64,000 bases of DNA. Source: Callorhinchus milii (lineage: Eukaryota). Both the position numbers and the translations under genes were made by a program. The notes beneath the pieces are model-generated. The model was not told where the DNA came from, ran no database searches, and worked only from the letters and a program-made list of their open reading frames with translations. The stretch is taken from assembly GCF_018977255.1 (NCBI RefSeq), contig NW_024704743.1, forward strand, positions 114,826,001 to 114,890,000. The letters run 5' to 3'. Below are positions 53,150-64,000 of this stretch, one piece after another; the first letter of the stretch is position 1, and every line of letters starts with the position of its first letter.

Positions 53150-53382
53150 ACCATCAGAGGTTATGCTTTCAGCTACTATGTCCCAAAACATTCTCCCTCA
53201 ATCCCTCCGCCTTGCCCCCTCCCCTTTTTCAAAATCAACCCTGAAAATCTTCCTCTTCGACCAGGCTTATGGCTACCTCCGCCCCCCCTTCCCCTCACAT
53301 CCCGCTCGGAGACGGGCTCCACCACTGTTAAGGGCTCTGAGACACTACCCTGCAAAGAGGGCAATATATAAGTGCAAGTTGA
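53150..53382 (+). mobile_element. L2 3' end fragment with second tail type
   Basis: ccactgttaagggctctgagacactaccctgc...ggcaatatataagtgcaagttg; same tail at about 11208, 14880 (minus), 26750 and 37540. Confidence 0.8.
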
Positions 53383-53634
53383 CTGCATTAATCGTAGGGT
53401 TTTTGCTATTGGAACTATCTTTCCATAACTTTCTCTCAACTCAAAGGCGACAAAACCGAAACTATCCTGCTCGGCTCCCGTGAGCGCCTTCTGATCTCTG
53501 ATACTGATCGCATTGACCTGCTCAATGCTTGTTCTCCTAACTCAGTCTGTAGGCAGCCTTTTGTTTGAACCACAAATCTGGGTTCCGATGTCCACTTTCT
53601 TCAATGCCTGCAACATCGCCCTTCTACAGCCCTC

Positions 53635-53732
53635 TGTTCCAGCTCTGATAAAGGTTCACATCCACATATTTTCTCTTTCAGGTAGCGTTTGACTGGCTAT
53701 ACATTTACAGGATTCTCTGTTTTGTTTCAAAT
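53635..53732 (+). mobile_element. Penelope-like terminal repeat remnant (shark type); related remnant at about 15155-15275
   Basis: ctctgataaaggtt...tttgactggct...tttacaggattctctgttttgtttca resembles the common chondrichthyan ctgatgaagggtc...ttccagcattttctg repeat as recalled. Confidence 0.45.
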
Positions 53733-54005
53733 GGTGTTGATGTGTTTGATTTTACATGTGAGAAGTGCTGTGTAATAAATCTGGGTTGCACTGCCCAACC
53801 ATACTTTCTTAAATTGACTTTTGTTTGCCCAGCTGCAGATGTTGATGATTTAATGGTTTATTGTAAAATCGACCTGATAATAATAGTGATGTCTATATAG
53901 AATGAGAATGTTAATGGTGTAGAGTAACATAATATTTGAAATGTATTGTATGATGGTACCAAAATGACTTTTGTGGAATTCATTATTTTTCTCTCTTCTA
54001 TTTAG

Positions 54006-54245
<240 letters not shown>

Positions 54246-54309
54246 TGAATGAATTCTTGACTAGTATTATTTATAATATACAATCAACACCCATTGTCAG
54301 CGCCTTGGG

Positions 54310-54540
54310 ACAACAACTACTTGCATTTATATAGTGCCCTTCATGCCATCTTGGTGTGCTTTACAGTGACAGAGCCTGACAGGAAGCCGAGGGGAGGGAG
54401 GTGGTCACTGTAAGCACGGTCAAAAAGGAAGGTCTTCAGCTGTGATTTGAAAAAGGGGAAGGTGGGGGATTGAGGGAGAGAGGTCCAAAGCTTCAAGGTG
54501 TAGTGGCTGAAAGCACAGCCGCTGATGGTTGAGCGGAATG
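54310..54540 (-). mobile_element. L2 3' UTR fragment
   Basis: caacaactacttgcatttatatagtgccc...gcacggtcaaaaaggaaggtctt...ggctgaaagc. Confidence 0.72.
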
Positions 54541-54875
54541 CCTATTCCTCAGTTTCTTCGTTTCTACAGAACACCATACTTGTGTCAAATCTACTGTTTT
54601 CCTTCAAAATAAATTTGAATACTCTCAAATTATTTTTTTTCCAGCTTTTAAATATTATAGATGTAGTAAAATAAGTGTAAAAATGGCCCAGCATGAAAAT
54701 ATAACCTGAAGCCCTCATCATCCATCGTTAAAAAGCTCACAAGGTGTCAAAAGTACCCACCAGTATCTCAGAGATTGACAACTCTATTTTTATTTCAGTT
54801 GCATTTGTCGGTGGGGAAGGGAATGTGCGCTGTTCCGTTTCAGAGGTTAGCCATTCATTTTGGTCATGTTTACAG

Positions 54876-55146
54876 CTTCAGGAAGTTAAACAGATGGAAA
54901 AAGAGAGACATCGGCAGCAGCAACTCCAACAGTCGCCTGTGAACCAGCACGAACCTCAATCTCCGCAGCTGAGTCGATTGGAAGAACAGCCTGCTCTCGA
55001 ACTGGAACAGGAACCTGAAGTGGAATCAAATCATTCCAATGAGGTGGACAAACGCATCCGGGAAGATGTCGAACCAGAAAATGGGGCGGACATTTGTAAT
55101 ACAGAAAATGAACAAACGGAAGTTGACCAGGCCACAGCAGCTGAAA
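54876..55146 (+). CDS. ARFGEF1: ARFGEF1 exon 6 (acidic, Gln-rich linker)
   Basis: ttacag/gtaaat; [21 protein letters not shown]...[14 protein letters not shown] plus 1 nt. Confidence 0.93.
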
Positions 55147-56889
55147 GTAAATATGTTTGTTATTTGCTCTTTAAAAATATTCTGTATCAATTTTTAGAAA
55201 AAAATGTACAATTATATAAAAGCACTGTTGTATTTTGCAATTATCTTGGACGTGCTGCTGGCAGGTAAACTGCATATAACTTTACAGATAACTTTAAATG
55301 ATTCTTTTAAGAGTTTTGTAGCTTGAGCAATTGTTTGATCTAGGATCCATGCGTGGCATTTCCTGCAGTCCAAGTATTATCGTTTTGTAAAAAATAACTA
55401 TCCAATGCAGCCCCTTCAGCTACACCTAAGACATTTTTTCCCTTCCTGCTTTTGTTTTGTAAAATCAGAATAAGCTGGAAGGGTGTTTACTTGTTAGTCA
55501 GGATTTCAATGTGCTGGCAAGACTAGTTCTAATATACTCTACTAAAGGACAGATTACTCTCTTGTGATTTTGTTGGTCACCTCATAGATCTAGGACTACA
55601 ATCCTATTTAGTGCCTTTTGGTGAATCATTAGGCTGCTGTTAGAGCTGATGTACATGTTTCTCACAGTTGGACACCACTTCGAACAAGACAGCGCAGGTG
55701 TGAACCAACAGTTTAATTGACATCCATTATATAAATAAGCACAATGGAATGACCCTTTCTGTGAATGTCAAGCAAATATAGCAGAAGAAATTTTGTGGGT
55801 CTTTTGTTGTACCACATAGTCGATGGAAAGGGATATGTGCCTGAGCTCCGGGCAGGACGATGGTGGCAACAACAAATTACATTTGTACAGCGCCTTTCAC
55901 GTCAGGAGGACGTCCCAAAAATCCTCTCGCAATTTTTTGCTGAGCTGTACTGATCATCAGAAAACTCGCAGGGAGGTCTTTGTACCGGCATCCACCTCGG
56001 GATAGTTTGGATGGAATAGCATGAGCTAACACTTTACCGCACTTGACATACACATTATGTCAGTATTTGTCTTTCTTTAGATTTTTTTCAGAATTTCACT
56101 CAGGAAGAAATTACAGTAAAGAAGTTACATCTGGCACCTAACTTTTCTTTCACTGACAGGAAGTATACTTATTGGTGCACCCGGAGCACTGGCCTTTTGC
56201 GGAAATGTCAATCTAAGAAACTTTCATTTCCTTTGGAAATAAATCTTAGATAAGCTACTGCTAAATAGAAGACAGCAAATTATACCGTGGATTGCTGCCA
56301 GCAGATTTGATAAGAAATACCAGTTCATTCTTCAGAAAAAGGGTTTCCTTTCTCCATCCAAAATGAGAGCTATTTTATGTAGCAGTGCCTTTGGAGAAAT
56401 TTGTATTTGCTCCCAGCCTTTATTTTGTTTCATCATGAATCCATCATTAACATTCATCGTAGGTCGCGGAAGATTTTTATTTACCAACATTAATGCATAT
56501 TGGTATGGCATTTTTTTTTATTCCCCAAGAAATCAAGGATTACTGTTGAGATTATGGTACCAAGTACCCATAATACTCTCTCCACAATGCAGTAGTATAA
56601 TGATCTAACCAGCACTCAAAACTTCAGAATAGAAACATTGGAAGCAGTTGCTGATGCCACTGTGTGTTTTGCTGTTCCTTCATACGATTTGCTCTAAATT
56701 ACAATATTCTATTAATTATAGATCCAAATATACATAACTTTAAATTGGAGGAGTTGACACAAAAAAAATCATCCTTAAATCTCCATTTTTGTTGGACAAA
56801 ATCATAGCTTATTCATGTTTGCTTTTGTTGTAATTTAGTCTTGGCTTGTTGGTTTGTACTGAGTACTTTGTGTTCTGTCCTTAAACAAG

Positions 56890-57003
56890 GTTTTCCAAAA
56901 GGGAATGCAGGTGGCAGTGATGGGGAGGGTCTTGAATATGAGGAAAATACACATGCAATTGTACAGAGCATTCTACAAGAATTGGTGACCACTGTTGTTG
57001 GAG
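56890..57003 (+). CDS. ARFGEF1: ARFGEF1 exon 7
   Basis: Pyrimidine tract plus aacaag acceptor, gtagtg donor; (S)FPKGNAGGSDGEGLEYEENTHAIVQSILQELVTTVVG; phase 1-1. An in-frame alternative acceptor ends at 56910. Confidence 0.85.
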
Positions 57004-59196
57004 GTAGTGTATTCATTTTCATCTGATTTCTTTTTCATGTTTTTGTTTGGTGCATGGGTGCTTTGTAAGTTTTCATAATATTGTTTTGTTTATCCCCAAA
57101 TTTCTTTGCTTTTTTTCTATCACCAGAGCATTTTTTTCCTTCCGTTAAATTAAACTGCTTTTCAAAGGGAGAAATTTAGTTGGCTCTGGCAATTCTAAGA
57201 GCGTGCAGAATTTTGTGGGTTTTTTTTACCATTTAGTCTCTACTTATATATCTGTATCCAAGGCTAGGAATTGACCCCTATTGTCAGAAGGATTTGCTCC
57301 TGGCATTTATTCTGGCTTCAATTAACATTCAGGAAATATATCAGTCTGCTCATGTAAGTGGCTAGAGACTTGACAAATGAAAAGTATGGAGTCGATAATA
57401 AAATTGGGATGTGTTCAGTAGGATAGAAAGATGAAACAAAACTATGATTCTGTCCCGATTGATATTCTTAAGAAGAAAGTACACTGTTCGGAGAACAATT
57501 AGATTGGTGGAAGTTGAGGTGGGCAAGGATCTCTAGAAAAGATGAGATCAACTGATCGCTTGGGGTGGGGTGGAGATTGATTTGATGTTCGACTGTGGCA
57601 ATATGAGGATCAAGGAGAAGAGAGATCTCGTCGCTGCAGTTTGCGCAGATATGTCCAGATAGGTTGTCACTTAACATAAGTATTAATCTCATTGGCAAAT
57701 TTAATAACAAGTGAGAGTTCAAACTAAGAGAATGGGGAGTTAAAGGTTCAGAGGAAGAAAGATTATAGCAGGTGAGAGAAGAATAAAAAAATTAGACTGT
57801 AAATACTGTTACATCAGTTTTCAAAAGACAGATAGACGAATCTGAAAAGTGTGAAGGCTGAAATAGTTAAACGTAGTCTATTTACAATCAATGAAACTAT
57901 GGAGACAATGTTTTTTTTAAAAAAACTAAACATCAAGCTTTATCTTCAATGCAGAAAGGGAATAAAGGTAACATTTTCAATGGGGACGTATTGTTCAGTG
58001 AATCTGAGGAATTATTTGACAATATCAGCTTTTGAGAAGTTGTTCGAATTTCATTCATTACACTTTTCATATTAGTTCAAAATTCTTCATTAAATTACAT
58101 TTACTATGGAGGTTTCATATCATAGATGAGAGGTGTTTCTGCTTTTGAAAATTTCTATACACTAGTAATAGTTATTTTAAACAAAACATTATATGGATAT
58201 TTAACTATAGTTAACTTCTAATCCAACAACTACCATAAGCATTTGTTTTATTTCATACTTTTTGAGTTGATTTGAAAAAATTAGAAACTCCTTTTTATCA
58301 ATGTTGTATGTTTGCTGCAACTTTGTTGCTCTGTGAGCAATACATTAGTTTTTTTCCATTTTCTGCAGTGAACACTTGCCTCTTGAAAATTAATTGAAGG
58401 TAATAACAGGAAGTGCTATTTCGGTCCAATGATGTGAAAAGAAAAATGCATTGTAATTGTGTGTCGACTATATAATTTGTGTAATTATAACTTTCAGTGC
58501 AGACGGTTGAAAGCACATCTGTTAATGGTTGCATTTACAATGTTTAACTTTCTTACCTTTGTTTAGAAGACGGCAAGAGTTAGTAGGAGATTTCTTCATG
58601 TGGTGCTGTCAGGTCTTGCTGGGAAGCAAGAAACTCCTGTTTAACAGCATTCACTTCTTGTTGTGAATGTTATGGAATAAATATATTGACTTGTAGCCAA
58701 GTAGATTGGATAGATCATTTACTTTACTGTTGCATTAGTTTTAATAATGTGTTTTCAATGCGAGTTTAGATCTAACTGCTCTATATTTACCACTAAAGAG
58801 GATTCTATAGCAAAAGATAGCACCTTGCATTGTTCACGTTAATCTGCCGAAACTTTTTGCTTCTTGCAAACATTGGGTGCCACAATATCTTCAAAACAAG
58901 TTCTTTATTTTCCATTAATATTCTGTAGAGCCTTACAAATTGTGGTTTGATGGAAATATGTTGTCACTTGCAAGCTTCAATATAATTTCAGACAATAAAA
59001 GTTAGGCCTGGAATATCAGGATATTAGCTTTTATTATGAACTGTTTTTTCACTAAACTCTAGAAATATGTTATTTTGTGTAACAGAAAACCTTCTATCTC
59101 TCTTAGGTAATGAATTTCAATCATCTTACCCTGCCAAATGATTTCTGTTTATTTTGATTTCTGCGTTTTCCCCCTTTTTTATTCTACCTTTTAAAG

Positions 59197-59304
59197 GACC
59201 TCTTCCCACCACACATCTAGGCGGGTGGGACGATGCGGGCTGTGGACTCCTCCACAACCATCCTCAATGCTGCGGTGATTGGCCAATAATAAGTGCAATT
59301 GAAG
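59197..59304 (+). CDS. ARFGEF1: Candidate alternative cassette exon of ARFGEF1 between exons 7 and 8 (108 nt)
   Basis: Long pyrimidine tract plus ttaaag acceptor, GAAG/gtgcgt donor, phase 1-1, open frame (G)PLPTTHLGGWDDAGCGLLHNHPQCCGDWPIISAIE; no transcript evidence. Confidence 0.55.
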
Positions 59305-59744
59305 GTGCGTGAGTTAGTGTCAGTCTTTCCTCCCCTTCCCTTCCAGAAAAACATTTATTTTGGCGAAGAACTTGACTAAACCCATTCACTAGCAGCCAGA
59401 TTTCAGTGACTCGTGCCAGCTCTCTGCTTTAAACCGATAAGGTTTTGATTCTACTGGTTATTCACTAGATTTTAGTTCCTGAACATTTCTCAATTTGTAG
59501 TTACTTGTGAAATTTGGAGTTATTATAAATTACTTACAGCTAATCACTACTTTGTCTATTGGATGTTTCCAAACTGCATTATTGCGTTTTTTTCCTTTCA
59601 GTTTTTCACCACCAGTTGCTGAATTGATGTTGACGTTTTGTCTTGTAACACTTCCTCCTAAGTGACGAGCCCAGTATGGTGGTTGTTGAAGAGTATTTGG
59701 TGAAATAGTTAATCAATAGATATGGTGTCTTTTTCTAAATTCAG

Positions 59745-59926
59745 GAGAGAAACCTGATGGGAATGGATGTGCTGAAAGCACAACGAGCACTGTGGAGGAT
59801 GAAACTGTGGGTGTCAGTGATACAGAAAATGTTCATTCAAATGGAATACCAGGGACACCAATATCTGTGTCATACACCCCATCGTTACCTGATGACAGAT
59901 TGTCGGTTTCTTCCAGTGATACTCAG
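59745..59926 (+). CDS. ARFGEF1: ARFGEF1 exon 8
   Basis: attcag/gtaata; (G)[60 protein letters not shown]. Confidence 0.93.
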
Positions 59927-60154
59927 GTAATACCAAATAAAATGCAAGCTAGCTTCATTTCGTCATGTGTGACATTTATTTTGGATAGATATTTATTTCA
60001 TTCCTAAATAAAATTGCAAACCATGAACAAATCGGATTAGAGTTAAATAATAAAATAAGTTTGCTGCACAGGCCTGCTCACAACTAAGAGATTTGCACAA
60101 CTAAATGATATTAATGCATATGAAATAATTATTAGTTATATTCTTACCACAAAG

Positions 60155-60385
60155 CCTTGGAGTTCAAAGTCTAGGCTGACACTCCAGTGTAGTCTTGTGG
60201 AAGAGCTGTCCTTTGGATAAGACATTAACCAATGTCTCATCTGTCTGTTTAAGTGAACATTAAAGACACTATTCAAAAAGAGAAAGGTGTTTCTCCCCCC
60301 GGGAGGATAGGAGTCTGACCAACAATGCTCCAGTTAATTTGATTATCCAACTTCTGACTGTTTGTGGGACATTGTTATGTGTAGC
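60155..60385 (+). mobile_element. SacSINE1-like fragment
   Basis: ctaggctgacactccagtg...ggataagacattaacc...gactgtttgtgggacattg. Confidence 0.7.
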
Positions 60386-60908
60386 TGCAGAGTCTTTTCT
60401 TGTTATAAATGGGATAAATTATATGAAGAAAAACTTTTTTACAATTTTGTTTAAAAGTGAAAGATGCTTTCTTACCATATCCTGTTCCCACCTTCCAAAT
60501 ATTGCTCTTTAATTATTTTCCGTCATTAGCTAAAGTGCTTTTCCTTAGACAATACAAAATTACATTTGTTATAGCACCTTTCAAGTTGGGAGGAAGTCCC
60601 AAGGTACTGGAATGATACCTTAATACATTTCAAAATCAATAGTAGCGAGAGAAAAAGAAAACTTACAGAACAAAAAGCATTCTTACTTCTAGCACTGAAC
60701 TGTGGTATCAGATTATGGATACTGAAATAATGAAACTAGCTGTACACTTTAAGCGATACTATTTAAACCAATACAATTCCTCCTGTTTGCTTCAACTTCA
60801 TAGATTTTTTTAGTTTTTAAAGAAATGGTGAATAAATTTTGATCTGCATTATATAATGTATATATGGATATTGTTTCCATTATGTAAGAGCAATTTGTTT
60901 TTTTTAAG

Positions 60909-61042
60909 GAATCTGGAGTCACTTCAGGAGGTCCTACTAGTGCTAAATTCTCCCACATTCTACAGAAGGATGCTTTTCTGGTCTTTAGATCACTGTGTAA
61001 ACTTTCCATGAAACCACTCTCTGACGGCCCTCCAGATCCAAA
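60909..61042 (+). CDS. ARFGEF1: ARFGEF1 exon 9
   Basis: tttaag/gtgagt; [44 protein letters not shown](K). Confidence 0.96.
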
Positions 61043-61539
61043 GTGAGTATGTGAGATGAAAAGATTAAGTGATTTACCAATAAAGAGTGAATGTTCAAAG
61101 ATGTGTTAAATATTTTTATATTTATGCTAAACGATCCATTCTTAACAGCTTTACTCATCCTAAATTTTCTTCACATAAATGCATTGGTTTTTGTCCCAGT
61201 GGAGTATTTCAGATCACACAAAAATAGTTACTGCAGGTATGGAGAATGAATGTAGTATAATCTCCCAACTGTTCAACAACAACAATTTACATTTATATAG
61301 CTCCTTTCACGTCGAGAGGATGTCTTGAACTGCTTCACACAACTGACTGGTAGCCAAGCTGGGAGGAGAGGGGAAAGGTGGCCCAAAGCACAGTCAGAGA
61401 TGGGACTCAAGGTAAATTTTGAAAGCAGGGAGGGAAGGGGCAATGAGAAGTTCCTGAGAGTGGCTTATGGCTCATCCATTAAAGGTGGTGTGGGCAGGGT
61501 TATGAAGCAAGCCAGTACCTATTTGTGATTATGGGGATG

Positions 61540-61990
61540 GGAGGAGAAGCCATTGGAGAAGAAGTGAACATGCTGAGATAGGTAAGAGTGAAATCAGGAA
61601 AGGACAGTGTGATGGAGGTGGAGCAGGGAGGAGAGACTGGGGAAGGATGGTGTGGCCAACAGCTTCAAACACAGTATCAGGAGGACACACAAAAGGAGAC
61701 CTGGTTACAGATAGAGAGAAAGTCATTTGTGACTTTAAGCAGGGCAATTTTGGTCCTAAGGGTTGGGTGGAAACTGGACTGAAAGACTTGTAGAGAGCTG
61801 GGGAAAAGGAAGATTGAAGCTGAAAGGGATGACACCTTGGGAGGGAAAGGCAAGTTGGAAATGAGTTGGAGAGCATGGAGGGGTTGAGGGATGTTTTCTT
61901 GAGGAATGGGGTGATGATGGTGGTTTTGAAGGGTGAAGGTTCTGTGCCAGTGGAGAAGGAGCGGCAAGGAGGGGAAGATTAGTGACAGGA
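61540..61990 (-). mobile_element. L2 reverse-transcriptase fragment, degenerate
   Basis: Minus-strand ISNLPFPPKV and QSSFHPTLRTKIALLKVTNDFL, typical of L2 RT. Confidence 0.85.
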
Positions 61991-62162
61991 GAAGTATTTG
62001 CATAAAATTAACATTACAGATACTTCTTTGTAATCTAAATTTGTCAAGGAACTCTTGTTTTTAACTAAAATTGTTTGAATAATGTGTACCTATTATCATT
62101 AATAAACTACATCATGTATCTTCACCGCTGGTGTTATTCAAAGTTTACTTTGAACATAGTTT

Positions 62163-62345
62163 CAGCCTAGCTCAGTGACAGCATTCTTGCCTCTGAGTCA
62201 GGAAGTTGTGAGTTTGAGCCCTAAGTTGAAACTTAGAACTCAGGCAAGGCAGAACACTCCTGTACAGTGCTAAGGATGTACTGCATTGTTGAATGTGCCA
62301 TCCTCCGGTCAAGGCATTAATCTAATGTCCCGTCTGCCTATATAA
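62163..62345 (+). mobile_element. SacSINE1-like SINE, 5' part
   Basis: tagctcagtgacagcattcttgcctctgagtcaggaagttgtgagtttgagcc head plus start of Deu domain. Confidence 0.72.
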
Positions 62346-62949
62346 GTTGAAGATGATTGTGAAGCAGGAGAATTAACAGTATTGCTAACTGGCATGCAAC
62401 GTATAAAGTAAATACCGATGGTGGAGTTATACATTCAATACATTTGAAGGTTTCATAACCATGTAGGTGAAGCTTAAACTTAGTTACTAAGACACCCCAC
62501 TTGAGGGATATAAAAATTACCCCAATTCCTCATATTTTCTATTTTAGCTGCAGCTTTTGAAGTGTTAATGCAGGATTCTAAAGTTTGTATTCATCCAAGG
62601 TCTCTGAGGGACCAGCAGATTGTGTTCATTAGGAGGCTGATGTCTCTGAATGTAAATTCGTAATTGTAGCTGAATAATGTGTATCTCATCTGGACATATT
62701 TTGAAATTTATTCATGACCAAACTTGTAATTAAAAAATGGGAGGAAAAAAGTTAATAATTAGGATCGTAATCAACATAGCCAGAAGGAAAGAATGAATTA
62801 TTATTATTATGCCATATCATATACCACATGGGTGCACAATGGTTATAAACCAATTTTTTTTTGCTATCTAGTTTATGTAAAAACACTCTAATTCTGCTTT
62901 TTTCAAAAGTGGTATTAAAACAAAAACTTATGTTAATATATAAATTTGA

Positions 62950-63321
<372 letters not shown>

Positions 63322-63696
63322 TAATATTAACCTCATTAGGCTCTGTTATGCTTAGTAATTGTACATTTTGCAGTACATTATACAGATGAATATTTTTTAT
63401 TATATGCAATCTAATCCAATAGTTTATTATTTCAAGGCAGGTCTTTTCATTGCTTTTACTTTATTGCTCAAATATTGTAAGGGTATTTGCAAAAAATCAT
63501 TTTTTTTATGGATGATCCATCTTTATTTTCCACTTCCCCTCTTTCCTGAATTTCCTTCCCCTATATACTGTAATATGTAACCAAGAGAGCTCTACGAGGT
63601 TGCTGTGACGTTGGTTATCAAGGCATGGAAGAGCATGGTTTAATGTGACTCGGAGTTTCCTTTCCCCCCTCTGTCTAATTTAAACAGACCAGGTTT

Positions 63697-64000
63697 ATAA
63701 TAATAATAATAATCCTTGCATTTGATATAGCGCTTTTCACATCGGGAGGACGTCCCAAAGCGCTTCACTGAACACACTGTAAAATGAATTGACTGTATAT
63801 TTGTGGGCAAACGCGGCAGCCAATTGCGCACAGCAATGTCCCACAAACAGTCGTAGATTGAAAATGACCAATTTATTTTTGGTTTTGGAGGGATTATTAT
63901 TAGGCGTGTGGAGTAAGGAAACTTGCCCAAGGTTTCGCCCTCTGCCTGGAATTGAACTCAGGTCTCTCACTTGCAAAGCGAGTGCTCTAACCACTGAGCT
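63697..64000 (-). mobile_element. Young tRNA-Ala SINE running to the window end
   Basis: Reverse complement near-identical to the 5289 and 26355 copies. Confidence 0.92.

Noticed and set aside
59660..59700. Possible 30-nt in-frame exon just upstream of ARFGEF1 exon 8
   Set aside because: Weak donor (gtattt) and the resulting intron would be only about 55 nt

Overview
Vertebrate genomic DNA, AT-rich and repeat-dense. The repeat families (DeuSINE/SacSINE1-like SINEs, L2, CR1, shark-type Penelope-like ends) suggest a cartilaginous fish, possibly a chimaera; this is inference. Two spliced + strand genes lie in the same order as in human. The first is the 3' part of carboxypeptidase A6 (CPA6: 8 coding exons, 4197-16062, catalytic and zinc residues intact). 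The second is the 5' part of ARFGEF1/BIG1 (CpG-island promoter at about 27.6-29.1 kb, 10 canonical coding exons, 28166-63255, continuing past the window). Exons were read by hand from GT-AG sites and phase continuity. Exon numbers and human comparisons come from memory of the human genes. Repeat boundaries are approximate. No prokaryotic system, CRISPR array or true tRNA/rRNA gene is supported. Best leads: (1) a frame-preserving 108-nt candidate cassette exon in ARFGEF1 intron 7 encoding a Cys/His/Trp-rich peptide; (2) a probable non-autonomous Helitron in intron 1; (3) an AmnSINE2-like ancient SINE in a CPA6 intron; (4) a strong-context uORF overlapping a YY1-like motif; (5) opposed pure-pyrimidine and pure-purine tracts flanking the promoter; (6) nested SINEs that share an L2-type 3' stem-loop.
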